Source: Bryobacterales bacterium (GTDB lineage Bacteria > Acidobacteriota > Terriglobia > Bryobacterales > Bryobacteraceae). Taken from it: a stretch of 33,398 nt of DNA. Where the stretch lies: the NCBI GenBank assembly GCA_016880505.1, contig JAEHDI010000533.1, forward strand, positions 1-33,398, in the 5' to 3' direction. Shown one piece after another: positions 19,232 to 27,885 of the stretch. Below the pieces are notes generated by a model that worked only from the letters and a program-made list of their open reading frames with translations, was not told the origin of the DNA and made no database searches. Both the position numbers and the translations under genes were made by a program. Position 1 is the first letter of the stretch, and each line of letters starts with the position of its first letter.

Positions 19232-19257
19232 AAAAAAGTGGGCTTTCGCCCACTTTT
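19232..19257 (-). terminator. Intrinsic terminator / possible leader attenuator (A-tract, GUGGGC-GAAA-GCCCAC stem-loop, U6 on minus strand)
   Basis: The minus strand reads cacc-AAAAGUGGGC-GAAA-GCCCACUUUU-UUG. It is a perfect 10-bp inverted repeat (19234-19243 / 19248-19257) with a GNRA-type tetraloop. It lies 67 nt downstream of the nuoB stop and 22 nt upstream of the rimP ATG. Confidence 0.7.
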
Positions 19258-19277
19258 GGTGCCCGACACCCAACCTC

Positions 19278-19283
19278 ATTATA
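19278..19283 (-). promoter_or_regulatory. Candidate -10 box (perfect TATAAT on minus strand) upstream of the rimP leader hairpin
   Basis: The minus strand reads gtcagg-TATAAT-gaggttgg. No convincing -35 or TG extension. It would place a TSS near 19271, so the hairpin at 19234-19257 would lie inside the rimP 5' leader. Confidence 0.3.
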
Positions 19284-19323
19284 CCTGACTCCGGCAGGTC
19301 CGCGGCTGCACCTGTCCGCCGGT

Positions 19324-19893
19324 TCAGCCTAAGTTCAGAACATCCTTCAAGGTGCCCGCTTCTTGCTGGATCTTCTTCTGCAACAGCATGATGCCGTAAA
19401 TGAGCTGCTCGGGCCTCGGTGGACAGCCAGGCACGTACACGTCCACTGGAATGATCTGGTTGACCGGAATAAGCGCGTAATTGCTAAAGACCCCGGTCGA
19501 GGTAGCGCAGGCTCCCATCGAGATCACCCACTTCGGCTCAGGCATCTGTTGATAGAGCTGGCGGATCACCGGCGCCATCTTGTTCGATACCCGCCCCGCG
19601 ATGATCATCAGATCGGATTGCCGCGGAGATCCCCGGAAAACTTCGGCCCCGAATCGAGCGATATCGAAGCGGGAAGCGCTCATCGACATCATCTCGATCG
19701 CGCAGCAGGCCAGTCCAAATGTCATCGGCCAAATCGAGTTCTTGCGAGCCCAGTTGATCGCTTGGCCCAACGTGGTGGTTACGACCCCGTCCGAGAGCGC
19801 TACGAGGCTCTCTTCATCGACGCGTGCGAAGAAATTCTCGGGCACGTCCGAGACCCCAGTCATGTTGAAGCGGGCCGAGGCGTCCAATCCCAT
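19324..19893 (-). CDS. nuoB: NADH-quinone oxidoreductase subunit B (NuoB/Nqo6/PSST family), isolated copy
   Basis: 189 aa. [18 protein letters not shown] and VPGCPPRPE supply the four Cys expected for the N2 Fe-S cluster. No nuoA upstream and no nuoC/D downstream. Confidence 0.9.
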   Translation of the reverse strand: MGLDASARFNMTGVSDVPENFFARVDEESLVALSDGVVTTTLGQAINWARKNSIWPMTFGLACCAIEMMSMSASRFDIARFGAEVFRGSPRQSDLMIIAGRVSNKMAPVIRQLYQQMPEPKWVISMGACATSTGVFSNYALIPVNQIIPVDVYVPGCPPRPEQLIYGIMLLQKKIQQEAGTLKDVLNLG

Positions 19894-19999
19894 ACCTCTA
19901 TTGTCTCATGCCCATCCAGCGCAGGAGACGGCTCTGTTCGGATAAAATGTTTAGAACAATTGCCGGCGGCTGGCCGTCCGCAACCATCCGATCACATTC

Positions 20000-22264
20000 A
20001 TGTCCACGCCAACTTTGTCGTTTGTGCCGTCGAAGAATCACGAAGAGGCACTCAATCGCGCCGCTTCTCTGTTCGGGATCGAGCGCGAGTACTGGGACGT
20101 ATTCGGGAATCGCGTCGTCACCCGGCCGGACGTGATTGCCGGGGTCCTCCAAGCGTTGGGAGTGCCCTGCGATACGCAGGAGTGTCTCGATCGCGCGATG
20201 GAGGAACGACTGTGGTGCTCCTGGTCGCGGCCCTTGCCCGCTGTTCTCGTGGTCAGCGAAAACGCACCCGCGCTGGAGCTCCCGCTGACGATCCCTGACG
20301 AGGCGGCTGGCTGGCCGGTCGCGGTGGAATTCCGTCTGGAGGATGGTACCCATAAGAGCCTCGATCTACGCGTAGATGGCCTTCCCTTCGTGGAGGCGGC
20401 CGAGCTCCGGGGACGCCTCTTCCGGAAGGTTCGAGCGTTGGTGCCGCTCCGCATTCCTCTTGGCTACCACGACGTACGTGTTCAAGTCCGCGGAGACCAT
20501 GGCCCGGTTTGCGCCACGATGCGTTTGATTGTGACGCCTGATCGGGTCTGGCTTCCGTCCAGTCTGGCTTCGGGCAGGCACGCCGCGGGAGTAGCGGTCA
20601 ATCTCTACGGACTGAGGTCGGAGCGGAACTGGGGATGCGGAGACTTCTCCGACCTCCAACGCATCGTGGATTGGGCAGCAGAGGATGCCGGTGTGGAGTT
20701 CGTGGCGCTCAACCCTCTTCACGCCATTCACAACCGCCAGCCGTACAATACAAGCCCTTACCTCCCCGTTTGCATTTACTACAAGAACCCTATTTACCTG
20801 GACATCGAGTGTGTGGAGGACTTTCGGACCTCTGCGGAGGCAATCGCGGACTTCTCCTCGCCGGAAGTACAAGCCGAGATCTGCGCCCTTCGAACGGCGC
20901 CATTCGTCGAGTACGAGAGGGTCTATGCTCTGAAACTTCGCTTTCTGCGGCTCGCATTCCATGAATTTTCCCGAAGCGCCGCCGCCCACTCCGTTCGCGC
21001 CGAGGCGTTTCGACGATACTGCGAGCACGAGAGCGACCTTCTGGATCGTTATGCCACTTTCTGCGCCCTAGACGAGTGGATTCACGCCCGCAATCGCGAC
21101 GTGTGGGTGTGGACCGAGTGGCCGCTCGAGTACCAGGATCCTGAGTCGGAAGCGACCCGGCGCTTCGCTGCGGAAAACGCCTCCCTGGTGCTCTTTCACA
21201 AGTACCTTCAGTGGCTGGCGGACCTGCAACTTCGGGAAGCCCAGGAACACGCGCGCCGGCAAGGGCTCTCAATCGGGCTCTATCACGATCTAGCGCTGGC
21301 GACGGATCGCTTCGGGTCGGACTTCTGGGCACACCGCCGCTGTTACGTGTCCGGCTGCCGGGTCGGTTCGCCGCCGGATGCGTTCGCGCCGGAGGGCCAG
21401 GATTGGGCTTTCCCGCCGCCAAATGCCGAATACCACAGCGAGACCGGCTACCGGTTCTTCGTAGAGTCGATTCGCCGGAACTGCCGTCACGGCGGCGCGC
21501 TACGCATCGACCACGTGATGCGGTTCTTCCGCCTTTTCTGGATCCCGGACGGGGGGCAAGCCGCGGACGGCACGTACGTGTTGGAGAAACATGGAGATCT
21601 GTTGCGCATCCTCGCGCTGGAAAGTGTAAGAAACCAGGTTCTGGTGGTCGGAGAGGACTTGGGCACGGTAGCTCCCAAGATTCGCGAAGAACTCGACCGC
21701 TTCGGGATACTGAGCTACCGGCTGCTCTATTTTGAGAAGAATGAGCAGGACGAATTCCGAACTCCCGACGAGTATCCCCCCCAGTCTCTGGCATCGATCA
21801 CGACACACGACCTCCCGACGCTAACCGGGTTCTGGTTGGGGAGAGACATCGAGGCACGGCGGGTCGCCGGTCTGCTCGGCAACGGTGATGCCTATCAAAG
21901 ACAGCTTGGAGTGCGCGCTCGCGAAAAGCAGAATTTGCTGGACGTGCTTTTGCGATGTGGAGACCTGCCGGAACGGTTCCCCCGGAACTGCGCGGACGTG
22001 CCGGAACTCTCGGGAGAACTCCACAACGCGGTCGTTGGATTTCTCGCGTCCACGCCGTCAATGCTGATGTTGCTCGCCCTGGAGGATCTGACGAAGGAGA
22101 CGGATCAGCAAAACTTGCCCGGCAGCACTTGGCAATACCCGAACTGGCGCCGTAAAGTGAAGTTCACCGTCGAAGAATTTCGGAGCGACCCGCAAGCGCG
22201 TGACTTCACTGCCATGTTGCGCGGTTGGCTGCGGAGGACCAGCCGCCTGATGCGAGACGACTGA
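20000..22264 (+). CDS. malQ: 4-alpha-glucanotransferase (amylomaltase, GH77), long form with N-terminal extension
   Basis: 754 aa. GH77-like core (YGLRSERNWGCGDFSDLQRIVDWAAEDAGVEFVALNPLHA, LRIDHVMRFFRLFWIP, VVGEDLGTV, TTHDLPTLTGFW). An approximately 200-aa N-terminal domain, as in long MalQ proteins. Confidence 0.9.
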   Translation: MSTPTLSFVPSKNHEEALNRAASLFGIEREYWDVFGNRVVTRPDVIAGVLQALGVPCDTQECLDRAMEERLWCSWSRPLPAVLVVSENAPALELPLTIPDEAAGWPVAVEFRLEDGTHKSLDLRVDGLPFVEAAELRGRLFRKVRALVPLRIPLGYHDVRVQVRGDHGPVCATMRLIVTPDRVWLPSSLASGRHAAGVAVNLYGLRSERNWGCGDFSDLQRIVDWAAEDAGVEFVALNPLHAIHNRQPYNTSPYLPVCIYYKNPIYLDIECVEDFRTSAEAIADFSSPEVQAEICALRTAPFVEYERVYALKLRFLRLAFHEFSRSAAAHSVRAEAFRRYCEHESDLLDRYATFCALDEWIHARNRDVWVWTEWPLEYQDPESEATRRFAAENASLVLFHKYLQWLADLQLREAQEHARRQGLSIGLYHDLALATDRFGSDFWAHRRCYVSGCRVGSPPDAFAPEGQDWAFPPPNAEYHSETGYRFFVESIRRNCRHGGALRIDHVMRFFRLFWIPDGGQAADGTYVLEKHGDLLRILALESVRNQVLVVGEDLGTVAPKIREELDRFGILSYRLLYFEKNEQDEFRTPDEYPPQSLASITTHDLPTLTGFWLGRDIEARRVAGLLGNGDAYQRQLGVRAREKQNLLDVLLRCGDLPERFPRNCADVPELSGELHNAVVGFLASTPSMLMLLALEDLTKETDQQNLPGSTWQYPNWRRKVKFTVEEFRSDPQARDFTAMLRGWLRRTSRLMRDD

Positions 22265-22383
22265 AACCTTAACCCTCCTCGGCCGCGCCGGGTGGAATCG
22301 CACTCAATTGCGCTTGTATAGTAGAGGACATCGGATCCGGTGCGCGGTCCGATTGTGATTACCGTTGCGGTTCGGGTGTTTGG

Positions 22384-25300
22384 ATGGACGGTCAGTTACC
22401 CGAGAACGAGGAACAGAGGCTAGCGGAGTTACAGAGCTATGTCGTTCCGGACGTTCTCTCTGGTGCTGTTTTCGACCGCCTGGCTGGGCTGGTAGCCCGC
22501 CTGTTCGGTGTGCCGTTCGCCGCTATCACTGTCATAGGCCGCGACAGCCAGCTCATCAAGGCTTCACACGGGCTCAGTATCCGCGAGATTCCGAGAGCTT
22601 CTTCCTTCTGCGCCCGCACAATTTTGTCCGATCAGGTGATGGTGGTGCCCGATGCCCTTGGGGACGACCGTTTCCAAACCTGTCCGCTCGTGACCGGGTC
22701 ACACAAGGTCCGGTTTTACGCCGGGGTCCACCTGCGGACTCCCACCGGAGCGAACGTCGGGACTCTTTGCATCATGGACACCACGCCGCGCGAACTCGAT
22801 CCGCCTCAGATCGCCGCGCTTCGTGATCTTGCCGGTATGGCCATGGCGGAAGGGGAGCTTCGGGCCTCGGTCGCCAAGACCATCGCCGCCGCGGAAAACC
22901 CCGGGTTCGGCGATGACCGCTATCGCGAATTGTTCGAGAACGCAAGCGACGTCGTCTATACCCACGACCTTCACGGCAATTTCACGTCAGCCAACAAGGC
23001 AGCCCAGCGCATCACCGGCTATAGCCGCGAAGATGCCCTGAAGATGAACATTTTTCAGGTTCTTGACCCGGAGTCTCAGCGCCTTACCCTCGAGATGATC
23101 CAGCAGAAACTCGGTGGTGCGCCGCAGACGACCTATGAGGTCACCATCGTCACGAAAGACAACCGGCGAATCATTCTGGAAGTGAGCACCCGCCTGCTCT
23201 TCCGCAAAGGTATCCCGGTCGGCGTCCAGGGGATCGCTCGCGACATCACGGAGCGAAAAAGAGCCGAGGCGCAATTGCGGCTGTTGAAATCCGTGGTCGT
23301 GAATTCCAACGATGGCGTCATGGTGGCTGAGGCGGACCCGGATGACCCCCTCGGCTCGCGCATCGTCTACGTCAACGATGCGTTCTCCCGAATTACCGGC
23401 TACTCGGACGTGGAGTCCGCGGGCAGGACTCCCCGAATCCTTCACGGCCCGAAAACCGACGAGGCGGTCCTGGATCAGATATGTGCCGCCGTCCGCCGCT
23501 GGGAAACGGCCCGGGTTGAACTGATTCACTACCGTAAGGATGGCTCCGAGTTCTGGGTCGACCTGAACATCATTCCGATCGTCGACGAGCGTGGCGCCTT
23601 CACCTATTGGGTTTCCGTATTGCGAGAGACGACCGATCGAAAGCGGGCCGAAATACTGGAGCGGGACCGCAACCAGGTTCTTGAACTTGTAGCCAGCAAC
23701 GGTCCTTTGGAAACCGTACTCGCGAGGTTGGCGAATCTGGTTGAGAACCAGTGCTCCGATCTCCTCTGTTCGGTCCTGCTGGTGCGCGACGGACGTCTGC
23801 ACCCCGGCGCCGCGCCGAGCCTTCCACAGCCGATTGCCGACGCCTTTGACGGGCTTGATGTGACGACTGCCCTCGGACCATGCGAGACGGCACTCCTGGG
23901 CAAACCGCTCCTGATCCCGGATCTGGCTGTCGATCCGCTTTTCCGGCGGGAGGCCGGACTGTTTCGGAATCTCGGCCTGCGCTCTTGCTGGTGTTCCCCC
24001 ATCCTGTCGGGCGATGGTAGGGCTCTCGGGGTGTTTGTGATCTACCTTCGAGAGCAGCACGAACCCTCTCCCGCTGTAATCGAACTCGTGGACATGGCCG
24101 GCCGCTTGGCAGCGGTAGCCGTCGAACAGCGTCAACTGAATGACAGGCTGGCCTACCAGGCCATGCACGATGCCCTTACGGGTCTGCCCAACCGGTTTTT
24201 GTTTGAGGACCGGCTTCATCAGGCGCTCGACCAGGCTACGCGTCATGGTTGGCACGTCGCGGTGCTGTTCATCGACCTCGATCGCTTCAAGCAGATCAAC
24301 GATACCCTCGGACACGCCATTGGCGACGCCCTGTTGCAGCAGGTATCGAGACGCTTTGAGAGTTGTCTGAGGCGTACCGACAGCCTTGGCCGGATGGGCG
24401 GTGACGAGTTCCAGTTGATTTTGACCGAGCTTCGAGACCCTTCCGATACTACGCGGGTCGCGCAGAAACTACTTGATGCTCTGAAGACCCCGTTCAAGGT
24501 GGATGCATTCGAGCTGTTCGTGACCGCCAGCATTGGCATTAGCGTCTTCCCCAGGGATGGGCGTGACTCGGTTACGTTGCTCCGCAATGCGGACAACGCA
24601 ATGTACCGCGCCAAGAATCAAGGAAAGAACGTCTACCAATTCTTTACACCCGATCTGGGCGCCGCGGCTCTGGAGCAACTGGAATTGGAAAATGCCCTCC
24701 GCCGGGCGATGGCGAATGGCGAGTTGCAGTTGTACTACCAACCGCAACTGGCGATCGAAGGACCGCTTGCGGCACTGGAGGCGCTACTGGTTTGGAACCA
24801 CCCGAAGCTCGGCGTCATATCGCCCTCCCAGTTCATCCCGGTGGCTGAGGAGAGCGGCCTGATTGTCGAGATCGGGGCATGGGTGCTGGAAGAGGCGTGC
24901 CGCCAAACCGTCGCCTGGCGGCAGGCCGGCTATGAGCCGGTGAAAGTCGCCGTTAACGTGTCCCCCGTCCAATTCGCCCGCGCGGATTTCGTCGAAACCG
25001 TGGCTCAGGTCCTCTCGCACAGCGGTCTCGATCCGTCGTTCCTGGAGTTGGAACTCACCGAGAGTGTCGTCATGCGGGATTTCGAGGAATCGAGCCGCCA
25101 GATGGAGCGGCTTCGGGCGCTCGGCGCCAGTATCTCGATCGACGACTTTGGCACTGGCTACTCATCGCTCAGCTACTTGCGGCGCCTGCCGATCGACACG
25201 ATCAAAATAGACCGGTCGTTTGTCAAGGAACTCGACGTCGACTCCAATACAATGCCCCTGGTTCAGGCGATCGTATCGCTGGCGCATGGCTTGGGACTGG

Positions 25301-25452
25301 ACGTCGTCGCCGAGGGAGTCGAGAGTGAGAACCAGATGGAAGCGCTGCGAGCGGTCGGGTGCGACAAAGTGCAGGGATATCTGCTCAGCGCGTCCCTGCC
25401 TGCCTCGCAGGTCGAGAGCTTGCTGATTCGCGGCGCCGGCATCCGATCCTGA
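22384..25452 (+). CDS. Multidomain c-di-GMP signalling protein: GAF-PAS-PAS-GAF-GGDEF-EAL
   Basis: 1022 aa. N-terminal GAF (EEQRLAELQSY...), two PAS blocks (YRELFENASDVVYTHD..., LLKSVVVNSNDGVMVAE...), and a second GAF. GGDEF domain with intact GGDEF and an RxxD I-site 5 residues upstream (RRTDSLGRMGGDEF). EAL domain with EAL, DDFGTGYSSL, KIDRSFV and EGVE. Confidence 0.9.
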   Translation: MDGQLPENEEQRLAELQSYVVPDVLSGAVFDRLAGLVARLFGVPFAAITVIGRDSQLIKASHGLSIREIPRASSFCARTILSDQVMVVPDALGDDRFQTCPLVTGSHKVRFYAGVHLRTPTGANVGTLCIMDTTPRELDPPQIAALRDLAGMAMAEGELRASVAKTIAAAENPGFGDDRYRELFENASDVVYTHDLHGNFTSANKAAQRITGYSREDALKMNIFQVLDPESQRLTLEMIQQKLGGAPQTTYEVTIVTKDNRRIILEVSTRLLFRKGIPVGVQGIARDITERKRAEAQLRLLKSVVVNSNDGVMVAEADPDDPLGSRIVYVNDAFSRITGYSDVESAGRTPRILHGPKTDEAVLDQICAAVRRWETARVELIHYRKDGSEFWVDLNIIPIVDERGAFTYWVSVLRETTDRKRAEILERDRNQVLELVASNGPLETVLARLANLVENQCSDLLCSVLLVRDGRLHPGAAPSLPQPIADAFDGLDVTTALGPCETALLGKPLLIPDLAVDPLFRREAGLFRNLGLRSCWCSPILSGDGRALGVFVIYLREQHEPSPAVIELVDMAGRLAAVAVEQRQLNDRLAYQAMHDALTGLPNRFLFEDRLHQALDQATRHGWHVAVLFIDLDRFKQINDTLGHAIGDALLQQVSRRFESCLRRTDSLGRMGGDEFQLILTELRDPSDTTRVAQKLLDALKTPFKVDAFELFVTASIGISVFPRDGRDSVTLLRNADNAMYRAKNQGKNVYQFFTPDLGAAALEQLELENALRRAMANGELQLYYQPQLAIEGPLAALEALLVWNHPKLGVISPSQFIPVAEESGLIVEIGAWVLEEACRQTVAWRQAGYEPVKVAVNVSPVQFARADFVETVAQVLSHSGLDPSFLELELTESVVMRDFEESSRQMERLRALGASISIDDFGTGYSSLSYLRRLPIDTIKIDRSFVKELDVDSNTMPLVQAIVSLAHGLGLDVVAEGVESENQMEALRAVGCDKVQGYLLSASLPASQVESLLIRGAGIRS

Positions 25453-25563
25453 GCTCATCGAAGAATTACGTCTCTGCTTTGGTTTCGTGGTAACATCAGA
25501 ATCGCCCCGATCAGAAGGGGACCAGGAAGGTACAACTCTAGGGTCAACTCTGTTTGACGCGGC

Positions 25564-25595
25564 AAGGGGTCCGGTTCCGGACCCCTTTCGCTTTT
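25564..25595 (+). terminator. Intrinsic terminator after the GGDEF-EAL gene
   Basis: AAGGGGTCC-ggttcc-GGACCCCTT (9-bp stem, 25564-25572 / 25579-25587), followed by TCGCTTTT. It lies between convergent genes. The T-tract is only on the plus strand. Confidence 0.65.
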
Positions 25596-26434
25596 CACGC
25601 TGCGCGACTCTTCAGAAACTTCAATCCCTCGAACGCAATGTCCTCGGGAGAGGGCGCCAGATCGCGCCAGATACACGCTGCCGCTGCAATCTCCTTAATG
25701 GTGAAACCAAAGCTTTCGATCACCAGCCAGCCGTCGTATCGGAGTTCGTGCAGCGCTCCGAAAACCCCTCTCCAGTCCACGTGACCACTCCCCGGAATTC
25801 CGCGGTCGTTCTCGCAGGCATGGACGTGTTTCAGGTGCTTGCCGGCGGTCCGGAACGCCGATCCGAGATCTTTCTCTTCGATATTCCCGTGGAACGTGTC
25901 CAGAGCAATGCCCACGTTCGGATGATTGACCTCATCGCACAGCGCCGCGGCGTCCGCGGCTGTGTTGAGAAAATACGTCTCAAAGCGGTTCAGCGGCTCG
26001 ATCGTCATTACGACGCCATTTGTCGCTAGCGACTCGCCTAACGATTGAAGACCCTCCACCGCCCGCGTCCATTCATCCGCCGTTCTCCGGCGGCCGGCGA
26101 GGTTGCCGACCTGAGAGTAGAAGGGCCCCATGAAAATCCTCGCTCCGAGCTCCGCGGCAGTGCGGATTCCGTGCCGGAGAAAGTCTACCGTCTTCTTCCG
26201 GACTGCTGCGTCCTCGCTGATCAGGCTCAGGTCTCCCGTCAGAGCCGAGCAGAAGGTACACTCCAGGCCATTCTGTCCCAGGTTCCTGCGAATCTCTGCT
26301 GCCGGGAAGTCGTGAAAGTCGAACCGCGCAATCTCCACGCCATCGAATCCGCGCTCCTTGATGCGCGGGAGCAACGACAGGTGCGTACGGTCGAAGGCCG
26401 CGGTCCAGATGAGGGTGTTCGCTCCGAATTTCAT
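25595..26434 (-). CDS. Xylose-isomerase-like TIM-barrel enzyme, ketose 3-epimerase (D-psicose/D-tagatose 3-epimerase)-like
   Basis: 279 aa. IEPLNRFE, DTFHGNIEE, HVHACENDRGIPGSGHVDW and VIESFG resemble the metal-ligand motifs of the ketose 3-epimerase family. The substrate is not inferable. Confidence 0.75.
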   Translation of the reverse strand: MKFGANTLIWTAAFDRTHLSLLPRIKERGFDGVEIARFDFHDFPAAEIRRNLGQNGLECTFCSALTGDLSLISEDAAVRKKTVDFLRHGIRTAAELGARIFMGPFYSQVGNLAGRRRTADEWTRAVEGLQSLGESLATNGVVMTIEPLNRFETYFLNTAADAAALCDEVNHPNVGIALDTFHGNIEEKDLGSAFRTAGKHLKHVHACENDRGIPGSGHVDWRGVFGALHELRYDGWLVIESFGFTIKEIAAAACIWRDLAPSPEDIAFEGLKFLKSRAA

Positions 26435-27642
26435 GCGATGAACCCCGCGGCATCGGGATTGCCCGGTCCGAAGTGTTTCAGCATGACCAGGTTCTCGCTG
26501 TCGCTCCGGTTGGTGACAACCACGCCTTCCCGGGCGGCGGCGGTGGTTACGAAAACCTCATCTTTAGTCATCTGGCCATAGCGGATGAGTGTCGGCGTCT
26601 CGACCTCCATTTTGCCGATCGCTCCCCACCCGGCCACGACGATGGCGCCGAAGGCCGCTGCATCCCGAATCTTGACGGCGCGCCCGGGGAAGACCGTGAG
26701 TTCCTTCGCCGAGTAGTATGGCGTCGAGTATGCAATCCACTGCTCGGAATAGCCCTGTTCAGCCATCTCATCCTTGGGACGAACCGGTGCCGGGTGGAAC
26801 AGCCGGTGTTTGGCGAACTCCGGATCGACGTTGGCCTCCCAATCGAGCATGTCGATGATGTAGTCAAGATCCTGATGATGCTCCGGAGGAACGTCTTTGA
26901 CGAGTAGATCCCATGGCACCGGGCGCCCTTCGACCATCGACTGGAACATTCCGAACACGTCCGAATTCACTTGGGGCTCGTAGGTCACCAGCGATCCCGG
27001 CGCGTGCAGAATACCGGCATCGATCTGCCACCCGCTGCCAGGCTTCAGTTTGTACGCCCGGGAGTGATACAGGAGGCCGTTGTCACCCTCGTTCCATCGC
27101 TTGAGACACCGACGCACATCGTCCTTCGTCGTGCCCGGCTCGAGTCCCATGAACGTGTAAGGGAAGTTATTCTCTTTCACGTTGTACTGGGGAGGGAAGT
27201 AGTACGCTTCCGGCTTGCCTTTGCGGCCCACCCTGCGGGCATGTTCGTCCCCTTGGTGCATATGGTGGGGGATTGGTCCCAAGTTATCGAAGAACTTGCA
27301 CAGCAGGTTCCAGCCACCCTGCTTGCGCATGACGTCGGCGCCGAGGAACTCGTCGCCGAGCGTCTCGATAGCTTCCTTCAGCAGCGCTCTCTTCCCGTTG
27401 GAGGCTATGTAGCTCAGTCCTTCGTCTTCGGGAGTACTAGGACCATTGTCAGCATTGGTCGTGGATGAAAACCAACGCTCGTCGATGCCGCCGCGATGCG
27501 CGCCCAAGGCATACAGGTCGCGGGGGTCAAGCTTCAGGCGTCCGCCCGGCATCAGGAAGGATCTCGGTACCCAACAAGGAGCTAGCCGGACGATTCCATC
27601 TCCGGCGGCGAGGGCATCTCGGATGACGGATGTATGAGACAT
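26431..27642 (-). CDS. Cupin-fold sugar isomerase-like protein (type I phosphomannose isomerase-like)
   Basis: 403 aa. LCKFFDNLGPIPHHMHQ, KPEAYYF and DAGILHAPGS resemble PMI type-I metal-binding blocks. ATGA overlap with the downstream epimerase-like gene. The function is tentative. Confidence 0.6.
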   Translation of the reverse strand: MSHTSVIRDALAAGDGIVRLAPCWVPRSFLMPGGRLKLDPRDLYALGAHRGGIDERWFSSTTNADNGPSTPEDEGLSYIASNGKRALLKEAIETLGDEFLGADVMRKQGGWNLLCKFFDNLGPIPHHMHQGDEHARRVGRKGKPEAYYFPPQYNVKENNFPYTFMGLEPGTTKDDVRRCLKRWNEGDNGLLYHSRAYKLKPGSGWQIDAGILHAPGSLVTYEPQVNSDVFGMFQSMVEGRPVPWDLLVKDVPPEHHQDLDYIIDMLDWEANVDPEFAKHRLFHPAPVRPKDEMAEQGYSEQWIAYSTPYYSAKELTVFPGRAVKIRDAAAFGAIVVAGWGAIGKMEVETPTLIRYGQMTKDEVFVTTAAAREGVVVTNRSDSENLVMLKHFGPGNPDAAGFIA

Positions 27643-27648
27643 GCTCTG

Positions 27649-27677
27649 AATGTACTGCGGGAGCCGGGTCTTGACAA
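27649..27677 (-). promoter_or_regulatory. Candidate sigma70-type promoter giving a leaderless transcript for the PMI-like/epimerase pair
   Basis: The minus strand reads TTGTCA-17 nt-TACATT-6 nt-ATG (start codon at 27642). There is no Shine-Dalgarno sequence before this ATG. Confidence 0.4.
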
Positions 27678-27885
27678 GTTCCGCTGGAGAGTTCTGACTT
27701 CCGCTCCACGATGGTTAACTTCGTTCTGCTGACGGAAGTACTATTGATCTTCGTCGGCATCTCCGCTAACGTTGGCCTAAGGTCGGCTCCTGCGCGACGC
27801 TCCGATTTTGGGGAAAGGTAGAGCGAGCGCCGTATGCTGAATCCTCAACTGGGAACTTAAGACTGCACCCACTGGAGACTACTCA

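Noticed and set aside
19211-19279. Longer RimP start at 19279 (177-aa ORF)
   Set aside because: The extension would be translated through the terminator hairpin and the A/T tracts. RimP similarity begins at the ATG at 19210.
20366-21794. Minus-strand ORFs 20366..21028 and 20790..21794 within malQ, and plus-strand alternate-frame ORFs there
   Set aside because: They are antisense or off-frame relative to a GH77 CDS with clear motifs, and their composition is that of a shadow ORF.
22987-24315. 442-aa minus-strand ORF inside the GGDEF-EAL gene
   Set aside because: Shadow ORF antisense to a CDS with unambiguous PAS, GAF and GGDEF motifs.
27671-27699. Perfect TTGACA on the plus strand as a promoter for the secreted-protein gene
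   Set aside because: No acceptable -10 hexamer lies 16-18 nt downstream (CTGACT/TGACTT). The same bases read on the minus strand give TTGTCA with a properly spaced TACATT, so the minus-strand reading is preferred.
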